Source: Candidatus Helarchaeota archaeon (GTDB taxonomy: Archaea; Asgardarchaeota; Lokiarchaeia; Helarchaeales; RDOG01). Taken from it: 64,000 bases of DNA. Location of the stretch: positions 396,451 through 460,450 of the forward strand of contig JAHPZH010000003.1 in the NCBI GenBank assembly GCA_019058315.1. The letters are read 5' to 3'. The position numbers and the translations under genes were made by a program. Shown here one piece after another: positions 9,309 to 18,793 of this stretch. Below the pieces are notes generated by a model. That model ran no database searches. It saw nothing but the letters and a program-made list of their open reading frames with translations, and was not told the DNA's origin. Every line of letters begins with the position of its first letter. Position 1 is the first letter of the stretch.

Positions 9309-9992
9309 TCACTTTTTTCCTAATTCTTTCATTTCTCTATCTTCAAGCTTTTTTGAATATTTTTCCCAGACTTGATCTTCTCCTGGTTTTCTTTTCCAAA
9401 CTTTAAAATGACACGTTTCTGCCCCTTTTGGAATTAATTCAGTTACTTCAACATTCATGTTCAAAAAGTTTGAAAAATCAGCACCAGAATATCTTTCTTT
9501 TAATACATCTTGTAAAGAGCTGATAACACCTGCCATAAATCCAGATACTACCCATCTCTGTATTCTACAATCCCTTGCACTATAAATATCTTGATGTGGA
9601 CACCAAATAATATCAAAATAACCCTCATCTTTATTAACTAATTTCACGGAATCCGGAGAGGCGTAGATATTCCGGTTCATCCATGAAAGTATTTTCAACC
9701 ATGTTTCAACTTGATTTTTTTCATCAATTTTTTCTGGTAGAAGGGGTTTTAGATATTTACTGCTCTCTTGTCCTAATTTCATACCATAATCAAAAGATAC
9801 GTTTTTGCAGATTCTTTGTCCTTTTTTTCCGAATTTCTTTTCAACAGCCTTAATTGTATTTAAGAGAATTGTTGCCATTATCTGCCCCCATTTTAATACT
9901 GAAATAGGTTCAAATTCGGCGTCATCTTTAATATCCTTTAAAAATTTTTGTTCTATTTCAGTCAATTCTCTTGTTTGCTTGAATAATTTCAT
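9309..9992 (-). CDS. V4R/ATC-hydrolase-like fold protein
   Basis: AVEKKFG...G.KLG helix, WCP, C, IPKGAETCHF. Confidence 0.65.
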   Translation of the reverse strand: MKLFKQTRELTEIEQKFLKDIKDDAEFEPISVLKWGQIMATILLNTIKAVEKKFGKKGQRICKNVSFDYGMKLGQESSKYLKPLLPEKIDEKNQVETWLKILSWMNRNIYASPDSVKLVNKDEGYFDIIWCPHQDIYSARDCRIQRWVVSGFMAGVISSLQDVLKERYSGADFSNFLNMNVEVTELIPKGAETCHFKVWKRKPGEDQVWEKYSKKLEDREMKELGKK

Positions 9993-10060
9993 AAATAATC
10001 TTTGTTCAGTTTGTTTTTATAACTTTTATGTTGAAATTAGATAATTGCAAAAAAATGAGT

Positions 10061-10564
10061 TTAATGGTCGACTTTTTTAACAATTTTTAAAGCCCAATCT
10101 TCTGCTTTTTTCAAATCTGATTCATCAGGATGACCTTCAGAAGTTTCTCGGACCCAATCAACCTTATCGGGGAATATTTTAGAAAATTCCTTTAAATGAT
10201 TATGTTTCCCTAGACAAGAGTAAGCGCCTAAAAAATTAAGGGAATAGTTATTGCAATAATATTCGGTTATATCAATAGCACCCTTGTAAAATTTTTCTAA
10301 TTGGACTCCATAAGTGATAAATAATGCGATATTTGGGTGGTAATCAGGAGGCATATTTTTAAAGAATTCTTTTACCTTTTTTGGTAAGGTATGAATGTGA
10401 ACAGGGCTTCCTAAGAAGATGGTGTCCCAATTTGTAATTTCTTTATAATTTATTTCATTGATTGTTTTTATTGCCTTTTCTATATCTGGTAAAACATAAA
10501 AAATTCTCTTTGCTACTTTTTCTGTATTACCAGTTTGTGAATAATAAACAACTAATGGTTTCAT
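10061..10564 (-). CDS. Flavodoxin-family protein
   Basis: YYSQTGNTEKVA, FLGSP, C.G, GHPDESDL..A. Confidence 0.9.
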   Translation of the reverse strand: MKPLVVYYSQTGNTEKVAKRIFYVLPDIEKAIKTINEINYKEITNWDTIFLGSPVHIHTLPKKVKEFFKNMPPDYHPNIALFITYGVQLEKFYKGAIDITEYYCNNYSLNFLGAYSCLGKHNHLKEFSKIFPDKVDWVRETSEGHPDESDLKKAEDWALKIVKKVDH

Positions 10565-10716
10565 ATGTAGTCCCTTATCGCATTTAAAAAAATTTACAAA
10601 TTAATTATTGGTTAACCATAAATAATTTTTTGAATATGTAATAAATAATATATCAAAATTTTATAATTGGATCATGTAAAAGTTAAGTCTATATTAATTA
10701 TTTTGTTTGAATAATT

Positions 10717-11316
10717 TCATAAATTATTTTTATTCATTTTGTTTTTATCACCGTCTGCATCATTGATTGATTTACCCCTGCATGTTGGACACCATGAACC
10801 TATTTTAATATTATTAGGTATCGCTTCCCAAATATGTCCTTCCTCACATTGCCATTTTAATTTTGTTTGAGAATTGATATACATAGTTGATAGACATTTG
10901 CCACCTCTTTTCTCTGCTAATTTATGCATTTCTTCGATATTTAAAGGCACATTTCGTGCACAAACTGGGCACCAAGTGCCCCTTTTTATATTATCAGGTG
11001 TGGCTTCCCAGATATGTCCTTCCTTACATTGCCATTTTAATTTTGTTCGAGTATTGATATATATAGTTGATAGACATTTACCACCTTTCTCCTCCGCTAA
11101 TTTATTCATTTCTTCGATAGTCAGTGGTGCATTACCCGCACAAATTGGACACCAATGACCATCTTTAATATGTTTAGGTTTAGCTTCCCAAATATGTCCA
11201 TTTTCACATTCCCATTTTAAATTCGTTGATACATTGATATATTCAGTTGATAGACATTTACCACCCTTTTTTTCTGCCAAATTATTCATTTCTTCAATTG
11301 TTAATTTTCTTGTCAT
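10717..11316 (-). CDS. Triple zinc-ribbon (treble-clef, DUF4379-like) repeat protein
   Basis: Three 60-aa units L.IEEM..LA.K.GGKCLS..YIN..T.LKW.C..GHIWEA.P..IK.G.WCP.C. Confidence 0.85.
   Translation of the reverse strand: MTRKLTIEEMNNLAEKKGGKCLSTEYINVSTNLKWECENGHIWEAKPKHIKDGHWCPICAGNAPLTIEEMNKLAEEKGGKCLSTIYINTRTKLKWQCKEGHIWEATPDNIKRGTWCPVCARNVPLNIEEMHKLAEKRGGKCLSTMYINSQTKLKWQCEEGHIWEAIPNNIKIGSWCPTCRGKSINDADGDKNKMNKNNL
10765..11304 (-). repeat. Three intragenic 180-bp tandem repeats
   Basis: Shared strings such as agttgatagacattt and gcttcccaaatatgtcc recur every 180 bp. Confidence 0.9.
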
Positions 11317-11335
11317 TATAACATCTCATCAAATA

Positions 11336-12781
11336 CTAAGTTTTGATGGTTGTTTCTGATAAAATTTCAGCTAATTCCATAGCACTGTTTGCAGCAAGCT
11401 CAGTACCAATTCCATGACCTCCAGCCTCACAACCAACAATATATAGTCCTTTAATAGGCGTAATTTGTGATGGACGGCGTTCATGGATTTGTTTTACAGT
11501 CTGTGCAACTCCAATTATATTTCCACCTTCTCCAGCATATTGTTCTACCAGGGCAGGAGTGTCTGTTCGATACCACATGACATGCCCTTTAATTTCTGGA
11601 AGACATTCAATTAATGATTCCATACACCCTTCACCCCATCTCTCATATTCTTTTTGACTTAACCCAGGTCTACAACCTGACCCGAAAAATATTAGTTGTT
11701 TTCCTTTTGGGGCAAGTGCTGGATCAAAATTGCTTGGGCTTGTTATCATGCCTCCAAATTTTTCTGGAGGCTCTTTACCTCCCTTTTTAGGCATCATTTT
11801 GAATGATTCTTTAAATGGAACTGGAATATACATTACTAATTTCTGGTCAGTCACAACTTTATCCAAGGCAACCTTTATTGCCATACAATGGGTAGCATAC
11901 TTTAATTTTTTAACTCTTTCAATATAATCTGAAGGAAAATATTTCTCTCCTATTAAATTTAAAACAGTATTTTGGATATCCGCATTACTTATAATTAGAT
12001 CAGATTCGAAATGAGATCCATCTTCTAATTCTACTCCTTTGGCTTGTTCATCTTCAATTATAATCTTCGAAACCTTTGCATCCATTTGAACTTCCCCTCC
12101 ATATTTTTTTATTGCATCAGCATAAGCAGCAGGTATAGCAATGCAACCACCAATGGGATATGCAGATGATTTTGCCTTGGTAACTTGTTGAAAACATCGA
12201 ATAAATTCACCAGCTGAGGCGATGAATGGATCAACACAAAAATATTGCATACAAATTTGGCCTGCAAACATCAATAACATAGGATTTTTTGAATATTTTG
12301 ATACAAAATTTGCCAATTTGGTATAATATAAATCTTCTATTTGGTCCATAGGCATATTCATACAATCGGACCAAAATTTACTGCCAGCTTCTTTTTCTTT
12401 CTTTTTAGCATCTGAATTAACTTTTCCCTTTTTTTTACTACCAAGCATTCCGCTCATTGTATCGCGAGAATAGACCTTTCTTTCACCACAGTAGTTTAGA
12501 ATTGGACGTGGATTTCGAGCAATAACCCATTTTATCGCATTTGGCATTTCTATCATTCGACAGACATCACCAAGATAACCATTTTCTGCTACACCAAAAA
12601 GATGCACCCCGAGATCAATCTTAAATCCTTTGTGGTCATAAGTTGTGCAACGACCACCAATTATTTTATTTTTATCAAAAAGTTTAATCTTATATCCACT
12701 ATGAGCCAATAAAGCTCCAATTGCAGTGCCTCCAACTCCCCCACCCACAATTAAAGCATCATACTTATCAGTATTAGACAT
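11336..12781 (-). CDS. Phytoene-desaturase-family FAD-dependent oxidoreductase
   Basis: IVGGGVGG, IGGRC, D.G.H, YPIGG, DP.LAP.GKQ, TPIKGLYIVG. Confidence 0.88.
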   Translation of the reverse strand: MSNTDKYDALIVGGGVGGTAIGALLAHSGYKIKLFDKNKIIGGRCTTYDHKGFKIDLGVHLFGVAENGYLGDVCRMIEMPNAIKWVIARNPRPILNYCGERKVYSRDTMSGMLGSKKKGKVNSDAKKKEKEAGSKFWSDCMNMPMDQIEDLYYTKLANFVSKYSKNPMLLMFAGQICMQYFCVDPFIASAGEFIRCFQQVTKAKSSAYPIGGCIAIPAAYADAIKKYGGEVQMDAKVSKIIIEDEQAKGVELEDGSHFESDLIISNADIQNTVLNLIGEKYFPSDYIERVKKLKYATHCMAIKVALDKVVTDQKLVMYIPVPFKESFKMMPKKGGKEPPEKFGGMITSPSNFDPALAPKGKQLIFFGSGCRPGLSQKEYERWGEGCMESLIECLPEIKGHVMWYRTDTPALVEQYAGEGGNIIGVAQTVKQIHERRPSQITPIKGLYIVGCEAGGHGIGTELAANSAMELAEILSETTIKT

Positions 12782-12831
12782 TTTTGTTCAACATGAAGTG
12801 AGTTTAAATTTCTTTGGGTAATAATACTTAA

Positions 12832-12942
12832 TTAATCTTCATCTTCTTCTAATTCTTCCTCTAACTCCTCAAGATCGTCTATAAGCTCCTTTAACTTTTT
12901 CTTTTCTTTCTTTTTTTTCTGAATTTTATCTACAAATCCCAC
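12832..12942 (-). CDS. Putative 36-aa charge-polarised microprotein
   Basis: Not in the ORF track. GTG start, MGFVDKIQKKKKEKKKLKELIDDLEELEEELEEDED; AAGGCG upstream; stop codon 50 bp before the oxidoreductase start. Confidence 0.5.
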   Translation of the reverse strand: MGFVDKIQKKKKEKKKLKELIDDLEELEEELEEDED

Positions 12943-13224
12943 GATTTTTACGCCTTATATTTTTTAGAAGATTAATTATTTCTAATAATAAGATTTTTCT
13001 TAATAAGCTTAAGGTGGAATTTGTCAATAAAAGTTGTTTAAATCATTTAAAATAAAAATGAAGAATCATGAAATATATTATCATAATTTCACAACTTAGA
13101 ACGCTTCAAAGTAAAGTTAAGTTAATTTTACCAAAAATTTGAGATGTACTAATTCTAATTTACTTAATACTTTAAATAGTGCCTTTTTTCAATTATTTAT
13201 AAAGTAGATTAGAGGTTTTGTAAA

Positions 13225-13944
13225 TTGGCAGCATTTGGAACTTTATTCACTCCGATAATTTATATTCAATCAATTATGTGGTTTGGATTTATAGTAATTC
13301 TTAGTTATTTAGTTATTAAAAATAAGCTAACATATATTGAACAATTCAGAAGGAGATGGTTAATAGGATTAATCTTTTATTTAATTGCTGTATCAATCCA
13401 TATAATTTTTCATTATATCTTTCAATTTAGTGAACAATTTTACAATGTTTTAGATATGATTATTTTAATGGGTGCAGTGGTTGCTTTCTTATTGATTATT
13501 TCTGGACTTGTTGAATTAAGTAATTATCTATCCTCAATAATTGATCTGGAAGGGATAAAAAATCGAAGAAATACATTCATAATATCATTAATTCCATCAG
13601 CAGGCATTTTCATTTTGAATTTATTTATCAGAGGATTAATAATCGAGCAATTTTTTCTTTCGCTGGTTCTCTTGGTCACATCACTTTGTTATTTCTATGC
13701 TGCTATTTATTCTTATTATTTAGATCGAGAGTTGAAAATCATGAAAATTAATATGATGGTTTACTTTGCCACTGGATTTCTATTGAATGATGTTGACCAA
13801 TTCTTGACGATATTTTGGGGTTATATAGATCAGGGGCTTTATTGGGTTATTCACAATAGTTTTGCTATCATTATGGTTATATTTTTAGTTATTGGATATT
13901 TAAATTTTAAAAATCGAATACAAAACATCAATAAAATGATTTAA
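13225..13944 (+). CDS. Seven-transmembrane membrane protein of unknown function
   Basis: Seven hydrophobic segments; GAGG RBS before TTG. Confidence 0.75.
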   Translation: MAAFGTLFTPIIYIQSIMWFGFIVILSYLVIKNKLTYIEQFRRRWLIGLIFYLIAVSIHIIFHYIFQFSEQFYNVLDMIILMGAVVAFLLIISGLVELSNYLSSIIDLEGIKNRRNTFIISLIPSAGIFILNLFIRGLIIEQFFLSLVLLVTSLCYFYAAIYSYYLDRELKIMKINMMVYFATGFLLNDVDQFLTIFWGYIDQGLYWVIHNSFAIIMVIFLVIGYLNFKNRIQNINKMI

Positions 13945-14261
13945 TTAAATCATTTTTCATCCTGATGATACGAAAATATTTCTTGCATCGCTTCTCATAT
14001 CACTTCTTCGACCACAACAAATAGCAGCAAAGCAATTAGCTGAAAAACATCTTGAATAATTTATCAGGTGTTTATTGATAAGCTGAAATTTTCAGTTGGT
14101 AGACGTATTGTTGCTATTTGGAATTTTTGGATTTACTTATAATCAATTGTCGATTATTCATAAAATTTTTTTTGTGTTAGAAATTATTATAGTCACTCAA
14201 TTTGAAATTAAAAAACCAAAATATTCTAAAAAGAATAATAGATATGTTTTTACGATAAAAA

Positions 14262-14645
14262 ATGAAAAAAGAAATTATTAAAATCAAGGGAATTACTAAT
14301 CCATCTGATCCTTTTAATCATGTTATTAAAGCAGGTAATTTATTATTTCTTTCAAGTCAGTTATCTGCCGATTTAAAAAAGCAAAAAATCCTCAACGGAA
14401 ATATTCGCGAACAGACAAAACAGGCTTTAGAGAATATAAAATTCTTGCTAGAATCTTCTGGATCATCAATGGAAAATATAGTAAAAGTTAAGATATATAT
14501 GAGGAATATTAATGATTTTGACGAAATGAACAAGATATATAGTAAATATTTTGAAAAGGGTCAAGAACCTGCCAGAGTGACGATTCAAGCTGTATCTCCA
14601 ATTAAAAATATTGATATAGAAATCGAAGTAATTGCAGTCTTGTGA
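14262..14645 (+). CDS. ridA: RidA/YjgF enamine-imine deaminase
   Basis: LFLSSQ, EQT.Q.LENI, F..MN.IY..YF....PAR, IEIEVIA. Confidence 0.9.
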   Translation: MKKEIIKIKGITNPSDPFNHVIKAGNLLFLSSQLSADLKKQKILNGNIREQTKQALENIKFLLESSGSSMENIVKVKIYMRNINDFDEMNKIYSKYFEKGQEPARVTIQAVSPIKNIDIEIEVIAVL

Positions 14646-14702
14646 AATTCCCACTAAATTTGGATACAGATTTCTCTTCGAACTGAATTTTTAAGCTTTA
14701 AT

Positions 14703-14730
14703 GGTTGTTTTGCTTCGAAAACACCTTTTT
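14703..14730 (+). terminator. Hairpin plus T-run downstream of ridA
   Basis: gg-t-tgtttt-gcttcg-aaaaca-cc followed by ttttt. Confidence 0.45.
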
Positions 14731-14777
14731 ATCACTAATTCTCTATGCTATTACCTATTTATTTTATATGATTTATT

Positions 14778-15338
14778 TTGGTTTTTATAATGAAGATGAT
14801 TGAGTTGAATAATAGTAAGAATAAGATTTTAGCTTCAACTTTAGTTAAAGATGCAAGCCAAAATACTTTATATAAACAAGCCAAAGAATATTTAATTTAT
14901 CAAATATATCTTGCAGCCGAATACATTTACGATAATTCTGGTATGGATGCAGTGAGAGATTATTTTAATTTCAATCAAAATCAGTATATTAACTTAAAAA
15001 TGAGTAATTTTTATAAAATAATTGGAGGAGTAATTAAAAAGCTTCCTAAAAGTTTAAAATTGAAAGAAGGCTTGAAAATGATGGTTGATCAATTCCAATT
15101 TATAGAACCCCCTAAAAATATTGCAATTGTTAAAAACAATAAATATGGAGCAATATTTGAAGTTATTAAATGCAGTTTAAGAAAAGAATTTAATAAATTA
15201 GCTAAAAAATCAAATAAATTGGAATTAATCGATAAATGCTGTTTATGGTGTATGGCAACTATTAGTTATGCCAAAGAAAATGGTTTTGATTATCAAATAG
15301 AATTGACTAAGAAAGGTTGTTTGAATTATCTAAAATGA
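14778..15338 (+). CDS. Hypothetical protein, V4R/ATC-like fold
   Basis: FEVIKCS, CCLWC, C-terminal KGC strand. Confidence 0.55.
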   Translation: MVFIMKMIELNNSKNKILASTLVKDASQNTLYKQAKEYLIYQIYLAAEYIYDNSGMDAVRDYFNFNQNQYINLKMSNFYKIIGGVIKKLPKSLKLKEGLKMMVDQFQFIEPPKNIAIVKNNKYGAIFEVIKCSLRKEFNKLAKKSNKLELIDKCCLWCMATISYAKENGFDYQIELTKKGCLNYLK

Positions 15339-15352
15339 ATTTATTTTAATAG

Positions 15353-16114
15353 CTATTTATTTTGCATTATGTAAAATACATAACCATAATAATCTGAATA
15401 TTTTCTAAAAAGATCTATTTCCTTCTGTGTTGAATCTAAAAGTTTGTTTATTTCAGAGGCTTTTTCATATTTTTTTCGTAAAAATTTTACTCTTTTTTCA
15501 AGAGGAATATAATAATTTTCCCACCAAGCAGATTTTGGTAGAATGAAATGGTTAATTAATAGATATCCTAAACTATCTATAACTTCGATATTTTGCTTAA
15601 TTGACTGCATAGCAGGATATTCAGCCTGAAAAAAATTTCTAGCTTCTTCCGGACGATCTTTTCTTAGCCAAGATAATTCGGAGACGACTACATAACCTTT
15701 TGGTTTTAAGAATTGTTTTATTTCTTTTAAGCCTTTTTCAAAACCTATAATATAAATTGATCCCTCAGCCCAGATTATATCAAAAATGTTATCTTCGAAA
15801 TCCATTGAGAGCATTGAACTTTTAATAGTCGTAATTCTTTCGAAAACCCCCTCTTTTTTTGCTTTTTTATTTAATCTATCTAAAAATTCTTGATTTATAT
15901 CTAAAGCTTGAATATTGCCTTCCGAAATTTTTGCTAGCTCTACTGTCTGTGCTCCTGATCCGCAACCTAAATCTAGAATTTTAGGATTAAAGGGTAAGTT
16001 TTTTAATAAAGAATAAGCTTTACGTGTAGATTCACTATCACCAGGTCCTTCTCGAGGTAGATTCTCAAAAATTTCAAATAATATTTCTAATTCTTTCGAA
16101 TTAATTCGAGACAC
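15353..16114 (-). CDS. Class I SAM-dependent methyltransferase
   Basis: LPREGPG, ILDLGCGSG, FDIIWAEG, YYGYVFYI. Confidence 0.92.
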   Translation of the reverse strand: MSRINSKELEILFEIFENLPREGPGDSESTRKAYSLLKNLPFNPKILDLGCGSGAQTVELAKISEGNIQALDINQEFLDRLNKKAKKEGVFERITTIKSSMLSMDFEDNIFDIIWAEGSIYIIGFEKGLKEIKQFLKPKGYVVVSELSWLRKDRPEEARNFFQAEYPAMQSIKQNIEVIDSLGYLLINHFILPKSAWWENYYIPLEKRVKFLRKKYEKASEINKLLDSTQKEIDLFRKYSDYYGYVFYIMQNK

Positions 16115-16161
16115 CTAAGGGTAATAATTTCTAATAAATTAGGTCGAATTAGAATTTTTAA

Positions 16162-16668
16162 TCAATCGCTTTCTCGCGTATCGTCTTTTGATTCATCATC
16201 TGACTCTTCTTCTTCGGCCTCTTCTTCTTTTAAAGATTTATAAAAAGAAAATTGAGCCATTTTTTTAGCCTTGTTGATAGTTTCATAAGAATCTAAAATC
16301 CTCATATATGTCTCTCTTTCGCGAAGAATACCTTCAGACATCAAGTATGCAGCCGCAGATGAACGTGAAGGGGCAAGTTCCAACTCTACAAGAGCATCCA
16401 AGATTTTGGAAGTCTTTTCATCTATTCTTGCCATAACATTGGTCGTTCTATTTTTAAGACCGAATTTGGGTTGACTGAAAGCAGATTTTAATTCTTTAGT
16501 AATTTCATCATAGATCCCTTTTTTTTCTTCAGAATATTTGGATGTATCTATATCAGTGGATTCGGTTATTATTTCTTCCAAAGGTTCAATTCCCTCAAAT
16601 TCCTTTTTCAGTTTTTCCAGCTTAGACAAACTACCCTTTTTTTTTGGTTTTACCATTGTATCACTCAA
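16162..16668 (-). CDS. Ribbon-helix-helix (CopG-like) DNA-binding protein
   Basis: RTTNVMARIDE.T...LDALVE......SRS.AA..L..EGI; acidic tail. Confidence 0.75.
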   Translation of the reverse strand: MSDTMVKPKKKGSLSKLEKLKKEFEGIEPLEEIITESTDIDTSKYSEEKKGIYDEITKELKSAFSQPKFGLKNRTTNVMARIDEKTSKILDALVELELAPSRSSAAAYLMSEGILRERETYMRILDSYETINKAKKMAQFSFYKSLKEEEAEEEESDDESKDDTRESD

Positions 16669-16751
16669 GTTATAATATTAAAAAATTACACTTAAATAAT
16701 ATTACTTTTTGTCAATATTAATATCATTACACAATTCCATATATTTAAATA

Positions 16752-16796
16752 GTAAGATGTAATAAATAAAGTAAGTTGATAAGTATTACATCTTAC
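16752..16796. promoter_or_regulatory. Perfect 13-bp inverted repeat (19-bp spacer), putative RHH operator
   Basis: GTAAGATGTAATA (16752-16764) and TATTACATCTTAC (16784-16796) in the divergent intergenic region. Confidence 0.7.
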
Positions 16797-16822
16797 AAAA
16801 AAAAGAGGTTGAAAATAAAAAA

Positions 16823-17356
16823 ATGTCAAGTTTAGTTTTGAATAAAAATGAAACAGATAAAGATGTTTTAAAGAATGTTGCGAATTTTTTTTATGAATCA
16901 ATTAATTCTTTTAAGAGTACATTAAATGAATTATCTGTTTCGATTGAAAATTTTTTAAATTCTTTAGAAAATATTGAAGCACAACTTAATGAACACGGTT
17001 TTGACTATCCAGAAAATTCCTCAAACCTATTATATGAGAGATTAACAAAAAATAAAACCGAACGTGTGGAAAGACAAAAAGAATTTATTTCAAAATTAAC
17101 AGAAGGATTCAACCCTACCCAAGGGGAGACTAACATTTCACAAACTGAAACCATAAAAGAAACTGAACAATTAACTCCTCCACCATCAATTGAATCAATG
17201 CTTAATAAAAATCAATTTAATGACAGGCCTAAACCTCCGATAATTATTGAGCATGAAAAACCAGAATTAACAAAACCTCCGGTATTATCTGAAAACTTAA
17301 AGAAAGAAATGTTAGATAATATAAAAAAAATCAAGAAAATGATGAGAAATCAGTAA
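16823..17356 (+). CDS. Hypothetical protein: helical/coiled-coil N-terminus, proline-rich linker, amphipathic C-terminal helix
   Basis: GAGG RBS; PPPS, PKPP, KPPV; ends LKKEMLDNIKKIKKMMR. Confidence 0.7.
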   Translation: MSSLVLNKNETDKDVLKNVANFFYESINSFKSTLNELSVSIENFLNSLENIEAQLNEHGFDYPENSSNLLYERLTKNKTERVERQKEFISKLTEGFNPTQGETNISQTETIKETEQLTPPPSIESMLNKNQFNDRPKPPIIIEHEKPELTKPPVLSENLKKEMLDNIKKIKKMMRNQ

Positions 17357-17369
17357 CGGGAGGAATCTA

Positions 17370-17594
17370 ATGGAAAATAGCAAGGAAATTGAAATTCCAT
17401 TTAAAAAATCTAATAAAAATTGGAGAACTAAGAAAAGTATACTAAAAGATGGAATAAAAATTCTTGTAAAAAGTTATTTTATTTACGATAAAATCCAGAA
17501 AAACCTCATTTTTACTGAGGAGGATGAACAAGAGTTTATGAACTCAATCGAATTAAATAATAAAACTAAAAAGGCGTATATAAATGCCAAGTAA
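17370..17594 (+). CDS. Small hypothetical protein (74 aa)
   Basis: GGGAGG RBS; operon-like spacing. Confidence 0.65.
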   Translation: MENSKEIEIPFKKSNKNWRTKKSILKDGIKILVKSYFIYDKIQKNLIFTEEDEQEFMNSIELNNKTKKAYINAK

Positions 17595-17793
17595 TGTTGT
17601 GATAGAAGTGGGAGAAACCACTGAAACAGGGAGAAATGGAAAGGATCTCCCAGTCGTAACTAATAAAGTGGGTCAATTTCTAGACTGGTTTGTTAAATCT
17701 CACAAACTTTTAGAATCCATAATCCATGATGCAGGTTTTCTACCTTATAGTTACGAATATTATTTAAAAATTAAAATGGAGGCGAAAATCTAA
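17584..17793 (+). CDS. Small hypothetical protein (69 aa)
   Basis: Overlaps the upstream gene by 11 nt and abuts the downstream ATG. Confidence 0.65.
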   Translation: MPSNVVIEVGETTETGRNGKDLPVVTNKVGQFLDWFVKSHKLLESIIHDAGFLPYSYEYYLKIKMEAKI

Positions 17794-18747
17794 ATGTCAA
17801 GCACTAATCAAGATATAATGGATAATTTTGCGACTGAAATCCCTGGTCTAAATTTTGGCGATGTTATTGAAGTGGGAGCAGGATATGTAGTTCCACTTAT
17901 TGATGATCCTAATGTAGAAAGAGATTATATTACCTTTGAAGAAGCATTAAAAGCAAAAGTTTTGAAATTCACTGATACAGGAAATATTAATCAATTGAAA
18001 ATAAAAAATACTGGAGATAAAGACGTCTTAATTCTTGCAGGACAAATTGTTTCATCCCAAGGAACTCAAGACCGAATTTTTGCTGAAACAACTTTCATAA
18101 TGTCTCATGAGACAGTGACGCTTACTTGTAATTGTTGTGAAGCTTCAAAACCCATTTCAGGCGGAACTGAATTCAAAGGATCTGTAGTTGCTTCTCCTAG
18201 AAATATTAAATATTGCTCTATTATGACCGATGTAGCTCATTACCAACGACAAGACAAGATTTGGAGCAAAGTAGAATCAACTAGAACTAAACTAAAAAAT
18301 CAAGGTGTTTATAAATCTGGAAAAAGCACTGATAAATTGGAAGAAATTGCAGAAGAATCGAAAAAGACAACTAAAAACTTGTTAAATAAAGCAAAGTTAG
18401 TTAATAATCAAAGAGGCGTTGTAGTTCTAAATAACGATGCAAAAATCGTAGGTGTAGAGATTTTTGATAGCCCTGAAACTTATAAGAATCTTCATGAAAA
18501 AATTATCGAGAGTTATTTGGAAGATTTTACAGATAAACCAAAGCCAAAACCTACTGCAGGTCTAAAAACAGTCTTACAAAATGAATTAAAATGCATGTTT
18601 TCAAATCAAATCGAAGTAGATAATAAGAAAGACAGATGTCTCTTCAGAAAAGAAGATATGAAATTAAACGGGGAAGTTATATTTAGTCCGAGTGAAAAAA
18701 AGAAAAAGCAGAAACGAATTGTAATGTTCAGAGCAGGAATGGAGTAA
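17794..18747 (+). CDS. ARPP-1 / DUF6569 family protein
   Basis: YIT.EEA......TDTG.I..L...N.....VLIL.G.I.....QDRI, C.E, Q..IW..V, Q.G........I.G.EIF..P..Y......I..SY. Confidence 0.78.
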   Translation: MSSTNQDIMDNFATEIPGLNFGDVIEVGAGYVVPLIDDPNVERDYITFEEALKAKVLKFTDTGNINQLKIKNTGDKDVLILAGQIVSSQGTQDRIFAETTFIMSHETVTLTCNCCEASKPISGGTEFKGSVVASPRNIKYCSIMTDVAHYQRQDKIWSKVESTRTKLKNQGVYKSGKSTDKLEEIAEESKKTTKNLLNKAKLVNNQRGVVVLNNDAKIVGVEIFDSPETYKNLHEKIIESYLEDFTDKPKPKPTAGLKTVLQNELKCMFSNQIEVDNKKDRCLFRKEDMKLNGEVIFSPSEKKKKQKRIVMFRAGME

Positions 18748-18793
18748 TTTACATTTATTTTTTTATTTTTTTTTTCTTTTATAAAATAATCAG

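Noticed and set aside
13225-13944. Rhodopsin
   Set aside because: No Schiff-base Lys motif in helix 7
13950-14281. Protein-like stretch FHPDDTKIFLASLLISLLRPQQIAAKQLAEKHLE (about 13956-14058) and the 61-aa ORF 14096-14281
   Set aside because: No start codon or RBS for the first; the second is low-complexity and overlaps ridA; cannot be supported as genes
16692-16901. 69-aa minus-strand ORF over the divergent promoter, and 18606-18935
   Set aside because: They overlap the operator or real genes and have non-coding AT-rich composition
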